Assembly (NCBI GenBank): GCA_045126975.1
Contig: JBGVPL010000001.1
Span: forward strand, 8,642-72,641
Length of the DNA stretch: 64,000 bases
Direction of reading: 5' to 3'
Origin: Candidatus Aphodosoma sp.
Lineage (GTDB): Bacteria > Bacteroidota > Bacteroidia > Bacteroidales > Paludibacteraceae
Below are positions 10,573-19,137 of this stretch, piece by piece. Position 1 is the stretch's first letter, and each line of letters begins with the position of its first letter. The notes under the pieces were generated by a model, which did not search any database, was not told the origin of the DNA, and saw only the letters and a list, made by a program, of their open reading frames with translations. Made by a program: the position numbers and the translations under genes.

Positions 10573-11822
10573 TGGCTAAAAAAGAGAAAGTAAATCTTAT
10601 TGAAACCTTTTCGGAGTTCAAAGATTTGAAGGCGATTGATCGTTCTACATTGATCAGTATTTTGGAAGATTCGTTCCGTAGCGTGATTGCTAAAATGTAT
10701 GGAACAGATGAGAACTATGACGTGATTATCAACCCTGAGACAGGCGACTGCGAAATTCTTCGTACACGTACGATTGTAGAGGACGATGAATTGGAAAATG
10801 AAAGCATGGAGATTGCGCTAAGTGCAGCTCAAGAGATAGATGAAGATTATGAAGTGGGTGAAGAGGTTGTAGATAAAGTGGAATTTTTGAGTTTTGGTCG
10901 TCGTGCTGTTCTCAACCTTCGTCAGACATTGGCTTCTCGTATCCTCGAACTTCAAAAAGAGGCTCTCTACGAAAAATATGCTGATATTCTCGGTCAAGTA
11001 GTGACTGGTGATGTTTATCAAGTATGGAAAAAAGAGGTTCTTATTTTGGATGAAGATAAAAACGAAATGCTCCTTCCAAAACAAGAGCAAATTCCAAACG
11101 ATTTCTATCGCAAAGGCGAACCTATTCGTGCGGTTGTGCTTCGTGTAGATAATAAAAATAACAACCCAAAAATCTATCTTTCACGTACTTCGCCTTTGTT
11201 CTTGGAACGTCTTATCGAACAAGAGGTACCTGAAATTCACGATGGTTTGATTACTATCAAGAAAGTGGTGCGTATTCCTGGTGAGCGTGCTAAAGTGGCT
11301 GTTGAATCATTCGATGACCGCATTGATCCAGTAGGAGCATGCGTTGGTATGAAGGGTGCACGTATTCATGGTATTGTGCGTGAATTGCGTAACGAAAATA
11401 TTGATGTTATCAACTATACAAGCAACCCAAGTCTCTATATTGCTCGCGCATTGAGTCCAGCAAAAGTACAAACTATCGAACTTGACGAAGAGAACAAAAA
11501 AGCAAATGTATATCTCCGTCCAGAAGAGATTTCGCTTGCTATTGGTAAAAATGGTAATAATATCAAATTGGCGACAATGCTTACAGGTTATACAATTGAT
11601 GTATTCCGCAACGACGTTGAAGTTGATGAGGAAGATATTTACCTTGATGAATTTAGCGATGAAATTGATAGCTGGATTATCGATGTATTGAAAGGCATCG
11701 GTTGTGATACAGCTAAAAACGTATTGGCTCTTACTCGTGAAGAGTTGATTCAACGTTCTGACCTCGAAGAAGAAACTATCGATGAGGTATTGGCTGTGTT
11801 GAAAGCAGAATTCGAAGACTAA
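10572..11822 (+). CDS. nusA: Transcription termination/antitermination factor NusA
   Basis: S1 and KH domain motifs (DPVGACVGMKGARIHGIVRELRNENIDV; SLAIGKNGNNIKLA). It lies in a rimP-nusA-infB context. Confidence 0.97.
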   Translation: MAKKEKVNLIETFSEFKDLKAIDRSTLISILEDSFRSVIAKMYGTDENYDVIINPETGDCEILRTRTIVEDDELENESMEIALSAAQEIDEDYEVGEEVVDKVEFLSFGRRAVLNLRQTLASRILELQKEALYEKYADILGQVVTGDVYQVWKKEVLILDEDKNEMLLPKQEQIPNDFYRKGEPIRAVVLRVDNKNNNPKIYLSRTSPLFLERLIEQEVPEIHDGLITIKKVVRIPGERAKVAVESFDDRIDPVGACVGMKGARIHGIVRELRNENIDVINYTSNPSLYIARALSPAKVQTIELDEENKKANVYLRPEEISLAIGKNGNNIKLATMLTGYTIDVFRNDVEVDEEDIYLDEFSDEIDSWIIDVLKGIGCDTAKNVLALTREELIQRSDLEEETIDEVLAVLKAEFED

Positions 11823-11835
11823 TTCAAAGCATAGT

Positions 11836-11884
11836 GCATAATGCATAATTCACAATTCATAATTTTCAATTCTCAATTCTCAAT
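11836..11884. repeat. Tandem heptamer array GCATAAT/TCACAAT/TCATAAT/TTTCAAT/TCTCAAT
   Basis: Seven phase-locked 7-nt units in the nusA-infB spacer. Confidence 0.85.
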
Positions 11885-11894
11885 TTAAAAATAT

Positions 11895-14840
11895 ATGGCA
11901 AGATTAGGAAAATTAGTAAAAACATTAAAGATTGGTATTGGTACTGCAACAGATTTTTTGAAATCAAAAGGTTTTACTGTAGAAGAGGATTTTAATTCTA
12001 AACTTACAGGCGAACAAGAGGCTTTACTTTTGAAGGAATTTGCTACGCCTGAAATGTTGGCTGAATTTGAAGCTCAAAAGAAAGAGTCTAAAAAGCCAAA
12101 AGTAGAAGAACCTAAAAAAGAGGCGAAGAAACCTGAGGTTAAGAAGGCAGAACCAGCAACACCACAAATTAACGTTGTGGGTAAAATAGATTTAGCTACT
12201 GTAGGTAAACCTAAAGCGGTAGAGAAAAAAGAGGAACCAAAAGTAGAACCAAAGAAAGAGGAACCTAAAAAAGAGGTTGCTCCTACTCAACCTGCGCCTA
12301 AAAAAGAGGAGAAAAAGGTTGAACCAAAACCTAAAAAAGAAGAAAAGCAAAAAGAATCAAAACCAGTCGAAAAAGAAAATCTTGCCAAAGAAAATAAAAC
12401 TGAAATAAAAGAGACACGAGACACAAGACACGAGACACAAGATAAAAAAGCAGAAGAACCTGTGGCTGAAAAGAAAGAGGAAGAAATCTTCACTTTCCGC
12501 AAAGTTGAGTTCAAGAGCGATATTAAGGTTCTTGATAAAATCGACCTTTCTGCAATAAATAGCAATACTCGTCCTGCTAAAAAATCGAAAGAGGAGTTGC
12601 GTAAAGACCGTATTGCAAAAGAACGTCAAGCAGCTGAAGCTCGTCGTAAAGCTCAAAAAGAGGCTAATAAAAAAGCACAAAAAGAGGGTAAATCAGATGA
12701 AGTATTCAGCGTAGATAAACCAAAATTGCAAGGTCCTAATGTGGTTGATAAAATCAATCTTGAAGGACAAGGCAAAGGTGGTGAAAAAGGCGACAAGAAA
12801 AAACGTAAACGTATTGGTGGCGAACGCGTTGATGTGAGCAAAGCTATGCAAGGTGGTGGTCAAAACCAAGGCGGCGGACAAAAAGAGGGTAAGAAAAAGA
12901 ATAAAAATCAAAAAACTATTCATACACCTCAAGTTAGCGAAGAAGATGTTGCACGTCAAGTAAAAGAGACTTTGGCTCGTCTTACTGAAGGTAACAAAGG
13001 TGTGAAAAAAGGTGCTAAGTATCGTAAAGAGAAACGTGAGGCCAATGCTCAACGCTTGCAAAATGAGCAAGAAATGGAACAACTCGAATCAAAAATTCTT
13101 AAATTGACCGAGTTTGTTACTGCTAACGAGTTGGCTGCGATGATGAATGTGCCTGTAACTCAAATTATTCAAACTTGCTTCAACCTCGGTTTGTTTGTTT
13201 CTATCAATCAACGTCTCGATGCTGAAACTATCAATATCGTAGCTGATGAGTTTGGTTTCCAAACTGAATTCGTTTCTGCTGATGTGGTAAATGCTATTCA
13301 AGAAGAGGAAGATAGTGAAGAAGACCTCCTCCCACGTCCACCGATTGTAACAGTGATGGGTCACGTTGACCATGGTAAAACTTCGTTGCTCGACTATATT
13401 CGTAAATCTAATGTTATTGCAGGTGAAGCTGGTGGTATCACTCAACATATTGGTGCTTACAACGTAACACTCGAAGATGGTCGTCATATCACATTCCTCG
13501 ATACTCCTGGTCACGAGGCGTTTACAGCGATGCGTGCACGTGGTGCTCAAGTTACCGATATTGCGATTATTATTGTTGCAGCCGACGACAATGTCATGCC
13601 ACAAACAGTTGAAGCTATCAACCACGCATCAGCAGCAGGTGTACCTATCGTATTTGCTATCAACAAAGTAGATAAACCAAGTGCTAATCCTGATAAGATT
13701 AAAGAGTCGCTTGCTGCGATGAATTATCTTGTAGAAGAGTGGGGTGGTAAATATCAATCACAAGACATTTCGGCTAAACACGGTATGGGTGTCAACGAGT
13801 TGCTTGAAAAAGTATTGCTCGAAGCTGAATTGCTTGACCTTAAAGCAAATCCTAACCGTAAAGCATCGGGTTCGGTTATCGAATCTTCACTTGACAAAGG
13901 ACGTGGTTATGTGGCAACTGTGCTCGTAAACAATGGTACTTTGCGCGTGGGTGATATTATGCTTGCTGGTACTGCATACGGTCGTGTGAAAGCGATGTTC
14001 AACGAACGTAACCAACGTATTAAAGAGGCTGGCCCTGCTGAACCAGTTATCGTATTGGGTCTTAATGGTGCGCCTCAAGCTGGTGATAACTTCAATATCT
14101 TCGACCAAGACCACGAAGCTCGTGATATTGCTAACAAACGTGAACAATTAGCTCGTGAACAAGGACTTCGTACTTCTAAACACCTTACTCTCGAAGAGAT
14201 TGGTCGTCGTATTGCTCTTGGCAACTTCCAAGAACTCAATCTTATCGTTAAAGGTGACGTGGATGGTTCTATTGAGGCATTGTCAGACTCGTTGTTGAAA
14301 CTCTCTACAGAAGAAATTCAAGTTAACGTAATCCATAAGGCTGTAGGTCAAATCTCTGAAAGCGACGTTATGTTGGCTACTGCGTCTAATGCGATTATCG
14401 TAGGTTTCCAAGTGCGTCCTTCTATGGAAGCTCGTAAATTGGCTGAAAAAGAAGAAGTTGATATTCGTCTTTACTCAATTATTTACGACGCAATCGAAGA
14501 GCTTAAATCTGCAATGGAAGGTATGTTGGCTCCAGATATTAAAGAAGAAATCACTGCTACACTCGAAATCCGTGAGACATTTAAAATTACAAAAGTGGGT
14601 ACAATTGCCGGATGTATGGTTAAAGAAGGTAAAATCAAACGTGGCAATAAAGTACGTCTCATTCGCGATGGTATCGTGATTTATACAGGCGAACTTGCAT
14701 CTCTCAAACGTATGAAAGATGATGTGAAAGAGGTAAATTCAGGTTACGAATGTGGTCTTAATATCGCTAACTACAACGACATCCGCATCGGTGATATCAT
14801 CGAAGCATTTGAAGAAGTAGAAGTTAAAAAGACACTTTAA
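11895..14840 (+). CDS. infB: Translation initiation factor IF-2 (981 aa)
   Basis: Lys/Glu/Pro-rich N-terminus, G domain ([28 protein letters not shown]), and C-terminal IF-2 domains. Confidence 0.98.
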   Translation: MARLGKLVKTLKIGIGTATDFLKSKGFTVEEDFNSKLTGEQEALLLKEFATPEMLAEFEAQKKESKKPKVEEPKKEAKKPEVKKAEPATPQINVVGKIDLATVGKPKAVEKKEEPKVEPKKEEPKKEVAPTQPAPKKEEKKVEPKPKKEEKQKESKPVEKENLAKENKTEIKETRDTRHETQDKKAEEPVAEKKEEEIFTFRKVEFKSDIKVLDKIDLSAINSNTRPAKKSKEELRKDRIAKERQAAEARRKAQKEANKKAQKEGKSDEVFSVDKPKLQGPNVVDKINLEGQGKGGEKGDKKKRKRIGGERVDVSKAMQGGGQNQGGGQKEGKKKNKNQKTIHTPQVSEEDVARQVKETLARLTEGNKGVKKGAKYRKEKREANAQRLQNEQEMEQLESKILKLTEFVTANELAAMMNVPVTQIIQTCFNLGLFVSINQRLDAETINIVADEFGFQTEFVSADVVNAIQEEEDSEEDLLPRPPIVTVMGHVDHGKTSLLDYIRKSNVIAGEAGGITQHIGAYNVTLEDGRHITFLDTPGHEAFTAMRARGAQVTDIAIIIVAADDNVMPQTVEAINHASAAGVPIVFAINKVDKPSANPDKIKESLAAMNYLVEEWGGKYQSQDISAKHGMGVNELLEKVLLEAELLDLKANPNRKASGSVIESSLDKGRGYVATVLVNNGTLRVGDIMLAGTAYGRVKAMFNERNQRIKEAGPAEPVIVLGLNGAPQAGDNFNIFDQDHEARDIANKREQLAREQGLRTSKHLTLEEIGRRIALGNFQELNLIVKGDVDGSIEALSDSLLKLSTEEIQVNVIHKAVGQISESDVMLATASNAIIVGFQVRPSMEARKLAEKEEVDIRLYSIIYDAIEELKSAMEGMLAPDIKEEITATLEIRETFKITKVGTIAGCMVKEGKIKRGNKVRLIRDGIVIYTGELASLKRMKDDVKEVNSGYECGLNIANYNDIRIGDIIEAFEEVEVKKTL

Positions 14841-14943
14841 TTAGACAAAAGATAATAGACACGAGATATAAGGCATATTTGTCTTGTGTCTCGTGTCTTT
14901 TGTATAATTTTCAACTCTCAACTCTTAACTCTTAACTCTTAAC
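14841..14943 (+). repeat. Intergenic spacer made entirely of 7-nt units: TAGACA-type array, its inverted complement (terminator-like hairpin), then a TCAACTC/TTAACTC array
   Basis: Fifteen consecutive heptamers run in one register from the base after the infB stop to the cvpA ATG. agacacgag (14857-14865) pairs with ctcgtgtct (14890-14898). Confidence 0.85.
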
Positions 14944-15489
14944 ATGAACTATTTAGATATAATATTAATTATACCACTTGCTTATGGTCTTGTGCAGGGA
15001 TTGCGCAAAGGTTTGATAAAAGAGATAGCAGGTTTGCTTGCTATTATTTTAGGTATATATTTAGCACGTTATTTTTCGTTGCCAGTTTCGCAAGCATTGA
15101 CTGAAATGACAGGTTGGGCATCGAATATTTGTACACCTTTAGCGTATGCTTTAGTGTTTATTGTTGTTTCGTTGTCGATTTCGGCATTGTCTTATATGAT
15201 TGGTAAGATTATAGGAGCTATAATGTTAGGTTGGCTTAATCGCTTGTTTGGAGCTTTGTTTGGTGTTGTGAAAATAACATTGTTGTTGAGTGTAATACTT
15301 AATTTCGTGGCAATAGTGAATCAGTATATGCCTATCAAAGAAAAGTCTATAGTGCAAGAATCGTTGTTGTATTCTCCTATTGAGAATGTAATGGGAACAG
15401 TGTTACCCTTATTGAATTTTGAGGATTTTACAACCGCAGTTCGTGAAGGTGTAGTAGAACCCGCAACAAAAGTAATAGAGGAATTATAA
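14944..15489 (+). CDS. cvpA: CvpA family membrane protein
   Basis: Typical CvpA N-terminus (MNYLDIILIIPLAYGLVQGLRKGLIKEIAGLLAIILGIYLA) and four TM segments. Confidence 0.85.
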   Translation: MNYLDIILIIPLAYGLVQGLRKGLIKEIAGLLAIILGIYLARYFSLPVSQALTEMTGWASNICTPLAYALVFIVVSLSISALSYMIGKIIGAIMLGWLNRLFGALFGVVKITLLLSVILNFVAIVNQYMPIKEKSIVQESLLYSPIENVMGTVLPLLNFEDFTTAVREGVVEPATKVIEEL

Positions 15490-15502
15490 GTTGATTTAAT
15501 AG

Positions 15503-15533
15503 AAAAGAACACGGAATACCGTGTTCTTTTTTT
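15503..15533 (+). terminator. Intrinsic terminator after cvpA
   Basis: Stem gaacacgg/ccgtgttc, loop aata, T7. Confidence 0.85.
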
Positions 15534-15586
15534 GTTAATTTAGGTTAAAAGTGGTATTTTGTATTGCATAGTACAAGATAAATATG

Positions 15587-15594
15587 TAACTTTG
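15587..15594 (+). promoter_or_regulatory. Candidate -7 box (TAACTTTG) upstream of the SDR gene
   Basis: Sequence atgTAACTTTGcaacg. No well-spaced -33 TTTG is present. Confidence 0.4.
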
Positions 15595-15607
15595 CAACGT
15601 GAAAGGT

Positions 15608-15650
15608 TATAATAGGGAACAAGGAATAGGGAACAAGGAATAGGGAGATT
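15608..15650. repeat. Tandem heptamer array GGGAACA/AGGAATA in the SDR leader
   Basis: Units tataata gggaaca aggaata gggaaca aggaata gggagat. Confidence 0.85.
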
Positions 15651-15708
15651 CTATATTTTTTTTGACTTTTGTCTCGTGTCTTTTGTTTAATGTTTAAATT
15701 TTGAGTAT

Positions 15709-16578
15709 ATGAAAAGAGCTGTTATTATAGGTGCTACGTCGGGTTTGGGGCGTGAGATTGCGATGAATCTTGTGCGTGAGGGTTGGATGGTTGGTGTGGC
15801 TGGTCGTAGGGTGGAATTGTTGGAGGATTTGCAAAGTGTAATGCAGAGAGAGCAAAATATAATTCCTTCTGCTTTGCTTGCGGATGCTCGAGCCGAGCGT
15901 ACCTACAAACAGGGGGACAATATTGAGTCGTTGCGGGTAGAAATAGAGCGGATTGATGTTACGGCAGAGGATGCTGTGGAGGGAGTTGAAAGGTTGGTTA
16001 AGAAGTTGGGTGGTATGGATTTGTTTGTGAATGTGGCGGGCGTTGGTTTTCAAAATCCTACGTTGGACCCTGTGGTTGAGAAGCGTACGTTCGATGTGAA
16101 TGGGTATGGCTTTATGCGTATGGTGGATTGGGCGTATAATTATTTTAAAGCAACGAAACAACCCCTTAGTCCTACGGACAGCTCCCCTAAAACAGGGGAG
16201 CAATATGAGAGAGAGGGGCAGATTGCTATTGTGTCGTCGATTGCGGGTACTAAGCCATTGGGTACGGCGGTGGCTTATTCGGCTACGAAGCGTATGCAGT
16301 CGCATTATTTGACGGGGTTGGCGCAGTTGGCTCGTATGGAGGGGTTGAAGATTAGGTTTACTGATATTCGTCCCGGGTTTGCGGCTACGGATATTTTGAA
16401 TCCTAATAAGCATTATCCGATGATGATGTCGAAAGAGTATGCTGGGCGATTGGCTACGCAGGCGATATTGAAGAAGAAGCGTGTGGCGGTAATTGATTGG
16501 AAGTTTGCGGTGTTGACATTCTTTTGGTCGTTGATTCCGAGATGTGTGTGGGAGAGATTGACTTTTGTGAAGAATTGA
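15709..16578 (+). CDS. SDR family oxidoreductase (289 aa, carries repeat-derived inserts)
   Basis: TGxxxGxG motif (GATSGLGREIA), NVAGVG, and catalytic YSATK. Confidence 0.85.
   Translation: MKRAVIIGATSGLGREIAMNLVREGWMVGVAGRRVELLEDLQSVMQREQNIIPSALLADARAERTYKQGDNIESLRVEIERIDVTAEDAVEGVERLVKKLGGMDLFVNVAGVGFQNPTLDPVVEKRTFDVNGYGFMRMVDWAYNYFKATKQPLSPTDSSPKTGEQYEREGQIAIVSSIAGTKPLGTAVAYSATKRMQSHYLTGLAQLARMEGLKIRFTDIRPGFAATDILNPNKHYPMMMSKEYAGRLATQAILKKKRVAVIDWKFAVLTFFWSLIPRCVWERLTFVKN
16160..16214 (-). repeat. GGGGAGG hairpin element, copy 4, inverted and in frame inside the SDR CDS
   Basis: The reverse complement ctctctcatattgctcccctgttttaggggagctgtccgtaggactaaggggtt aligns over ~50 nt with copies at 8464 and 40268. 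It is translated as PLSPTDSSPKTGEQYERE. Confidence 0.85.
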
Positions 16579-16739
16579 TGTTTGTTGTTTTAGATAGAAT
16601 GACATAAGGACATAATTTTTCTTATATACGCCTTGCTACGTCTGCAACGTATCTCGGCTGAAGAATGATAGACCTTCGGAGTTAGTTTTTTATTGTAAAA
16701 CGATAAATTTGATGTTAGTTTAGTTAAATAATGTTAAAT

Positions 16740-16748
16740 GGGGGGGGG
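16740..16748 (+). repeat. Homopolymeric G9 tract just upstream of the pspC/ABC operon promoter
   Basis: The tract a-tggggggggg-taattg sits 26-34 nt upstream of the TAACTTTG box. Confidence 0.9.
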
Positions 16749-16773
16749 TAATTGTAGTGTGGAATTTTTGTTG

Positions 16774-16781
16774 TAACTTTG
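16774..16781 (+). promoter_or_regulatory. Candidate -7 box (TAACTTTG) for the pspC-ABC-MacA-TolC operon
   Basis: Sequence ttgTAACTTTGcgg, 90 nt upstream of pspC. Confidence 0.45.
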
Positions 16782-16870
16782 CGGTGTGATGTTTGAGTGA
16801 AGTGTGTGAATGTGGGTATGATTTTTGTAGTTTTTTATAAAAATGTTTGTCTAATTAAATAGATGTTATT

Positions 16871-17059
16871 ATGGAAAAGAAATTGACTAAATCGAACAAC
16901 AAGATGTTGTCAGGGGTATTGGCTGGTATTGCTGAATATCTTGGTTGGGACCCAACAGTAGTACGAGTAGCGTATCTTTTCGCTACACTTTTCACCGCAT
17001 TTGCAGGTGTATTAGTTTATCTTTTATTGATACTCGTAATGCCAGACCCTCAAAATTAA
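16871..17059 (+). CDS. PspC domain-containing small membrane protein
   Basis: PspC-domain signature SGVLAGIAEYLGWDPTVVRVAYLFATLFTAFAGVLVYLLLILVMP. Confidence 0.8.
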   Translation: MEKKLTKSNNKMLSGVLAGIAEYLGWDPTVVRVAYLFATLFTAFAGVLVYLLLILVMPDPQN

Positions 17060-17087
17060 TTTTGTAGGTCATATTTAATCTCTACTT

Positions 17088-17747
17088 ATGATTAAATTAA
17101 GGAATATACATAAGACTTATTATTCGGCGAGTCCGTTGCATGTGTTGAAGGGAATTGATTTGGAAATCAATCAAGGGGATTTTGTGTCGATTATGGGTGC
17201 TTCGGGCTCGGGTAAATCTACGTTGCTGAATATTCTCGGGGTGTTGGATACGTATGATGAGGGGGAATATTGGCTCGATGATAGATTGATAAAAGATTTG
17301 TCGGAACGTGAGGCTGCGCACTTGCGTAATCGTACGATTGGCTTTGTGTTTCAGAGTTTTAATCTCTTGAATTTCAAGACAGCATTGGAAAATGTGGCGT
17401 TGCCGTTGTATTATCAGGGGGTGTCGCGTAAGAAACGGAATGCTATTGCGTTGGAGTATCTTGATAAGGTGGGGTTGAAGGATTGGGCTGACCATTTGCC
17501 TAATCAGATGTCGGGTGGGCAGAAACAGCGTGTGGCTATTGCTCGTGCGCTGATTGCCAAACCGCGTGTGATTCTTGCCGATGAGCCTACTGGTGCGTTG
17601 GATTCGAAGACATCGCAGGAGGTGATTGATTTGTTGAGAGATGTGTCGCGCTCGGAGGGTATTACGATGATTATTGTTACTCACGCTCCTGAAGTTGCTG
17701 AGCAAACAGACCGTATTATCCAAATTCGAGATGGCGTTATTGTGTGA
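17088..17747 (+). CDS. ABC transporter ATP-binding protein (MacB/LolD type)
   Basis: Walker A GASGSGKST, ABC signature MSGGQKQRVAIARAL, Walker B ILADEPTGALD. Confidence 0.95.
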   Translation: MIKLRNIHKTYYSASPLHVLKGIDLEINQGDFVSIMGASGSGKSTLLNILGVLDTYDEGEYWLDDRLIKDLSEREAAHLRNRTIGFVFQSFNLLNFKTALENVALPLYYQGVSRKKRNAIALEYLDKVGLKDWADHLPNQMSGGQKQRVAIARALIAKPRVILADEPTGALDSKTSQEVIDLLRDVSRSEGITMIIVTHAPEVAEQTDRIIQIRDGVIV

Positions 17748-17776
17748 TTTGCTGTTAAAATAATAGAGAATAAGTT

Positions 17777-19027
17777 ATGTTTGATATTTTTGAGGAGATA
17801 TTTGCGGCATTGAAGATGAATCGTATGCGTACGTTTCTGACAGGGTTTGCTATTGCATGGGGTATATTCATGTTGGTGGCTTTGTTGGCTGTAGGCAATG
17901 GGTTCAGTAATGCAATGTTTTCGAATTTCAGATATATGTCGCAAAATTCGGTGTCGCTATATGCTGGTCGTACGTCGATGCCATACGGAGGACGACAAAA
18001 GGGGCGCACAATCAGATTTTCGATGGCCGATTGTGAGTGGATGCGTACGCATTTGGAGGGTTGTAAGTCGTTGTCGCCGATATTCAATTTGTGGAATGGT
18101 TCGATAGCATACGGCACATTGCAATTCGATGCAAATATAACAGGCGTGAATGAGGTGTATCGTGATTTGCGAGTGTTGGAGGTGAAGCATGGACGATTTG
18201 TGAATGCGATGGATATGCACGAAAGACGTAAGGCTGTGGTGATTGACGAAAATACGGCGCGTAAGTTGTTTGGTGTGGCAGAATTGGCCGTTGGTAAGAT
18301 GGTACGATTGACAAATGGAGTGAATTTTCAAGTGGTTGGTGTGACTGAGGCTGAGTATGAGGATTTGCGTCCATCGATATTTATTCCGCTTGCGATAGCA
18401 AATGTGATATATAATCCGTCGGGATGGGTCTATGATGTATCGTATGTGTTGGAGGGGGTAGAGACAGCCGAAGAGGCAAAGGCGTATAGCGAAAGATTGC
18501 GTGGACAATTGGCGCAATATTATGGCTATGACCCTGCCGACCAAAACGCGATATGGATTTCGAATCGAGTGGAGAGTTATGAACAATCTAAAATGATATT
18601 TAATGGTATTTCGCTGTTTATTTGGGTGATAGGTATCGGCACGCTGATTGCTGGTATTGTGGGGGTTAGTAATATTATGCTGATTACGGTGAAGGAGCGC
18701 ACGCGCGAGTTTGGTATTCGTAAGGCATTGGGTGCTACGCCTAATAGCATATTGGGATTGGTGGTGCTTGAATCGTTAGTTATCACGTTGATATTTGGTT
18801 ATATAGGCATGATGATGGGGGTGGGGTTGTCGGAATTGTTGTGTATGTTTTTCCCTGAAGGAGGAGGCTCGAGTATGCAGCCAACATTCTTGTCGAATCC
18901 GACAGTAGATTTAGGTATTGTATTTTCGGCAACGATGGTGCTCGTAGTGGCTGGAGTATTAGCGGGCTATATGCCAGCGAGAAATGCAGTGAAAATTAAG
19001 CCTATTGAGGCAATGAACGCAAAATAA
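17777..19027 (+). CDS. ABC transporter permease (MacB-like periplasmic domain + FtsX)
   Basis: N-terminal TM helix, large periplasmic domain, and a C-terminal FtsX-type 3-TM bundle (ERTREFGIRKALGAT). Confidence 0.9.
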   Translation: MFDIFEEIFAALKMNRMRTFLTGFAIAWGIFMLVALLAVGNGFSNAMFSNFRYMSQNSVSLYAGRTSMPYGGRQKGRTIRFSMADCEWMRTHLEGCKSLSPIFNLWNGSIAYGTLQFDANITGVNEVYRDLRVLEVKHGRFVNAMDMHERRKAVVIDENTARKLFGVAELAVGKMVRLTNGVNFQVVGVTEAEYEDLRPSIFIPLAIANVIYNPSGWVYDVSYVLEGVETAEEAKAYSERLRGQLAQYYGYDPADQNAIWISNRVESYEQSKMIFNGISLFIWVIGIGTLIAGIVGVSNIMLITVKERTREFGIRKALGATPNSILGLVVLESLVITLIFGYIGMMMGVGLSELLCMFFPEGGGSSMQPTFLSNPTVDLGIVFSATMVLVVAGVLAGYMPARNAVKIKPIEAMNAK

Positions 19028-19137
19028 AATTCATAATTCACAATTCATAATGCATAATTAGCCATTCGGAGTTAATTTTGAACTATGAATTGTACATTAT
19101 GAATAAATTATGAATTATGCATTATGAATTATGAATT
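19028..19137. repeat. Composite palindromic element: AATTCAT/AATTCAC array, CCATTCGG core hairpin, then an inverted ATGAATT/ATGCATT array
   Basis: Left array 19028-19062, core gccattcggagttaatttt, right array about 19085-19137. The second permease ATG (19124) is the first base of an ATGAATT unit. Confidence 0.85.

Noticed and set aside
15881-15907. 25-nt hairpin-containing similarity between the SDR CDS (ggatgctcgagccgagcgtacctac) and the reverse strand of the intergenic 42817-42842 (ggaagctcgaaccgagcgtccctac), as a possible third element family
   Set aside because: It matches at 22 of 25 bases. My rough expectation for such a match by chance in this window is about 0.2, so it is suggestive but statistically weak. 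It needs a genome-wide scan before being called an element.
15694-16605. 303-aa ORF on the minus strand covering the whole SDR gene
   Set aside because: It mirrors a gene with clear SDR motifs on the plus strand. Its translation is Arg/His/Leu/Pro/Gln-rich low complexity with no motif. It looks like an artefact of the locally GC-richer composition.
17097-18586. Long antisense ORFs (17097-17723, 17957-18586, 18084-18374) inside the ABC ATPase and permease genes
   Set aside because: The plus-strand genes carry Walker/ABC signature and FtsX motifs. The antisense translations have no recognisable features.
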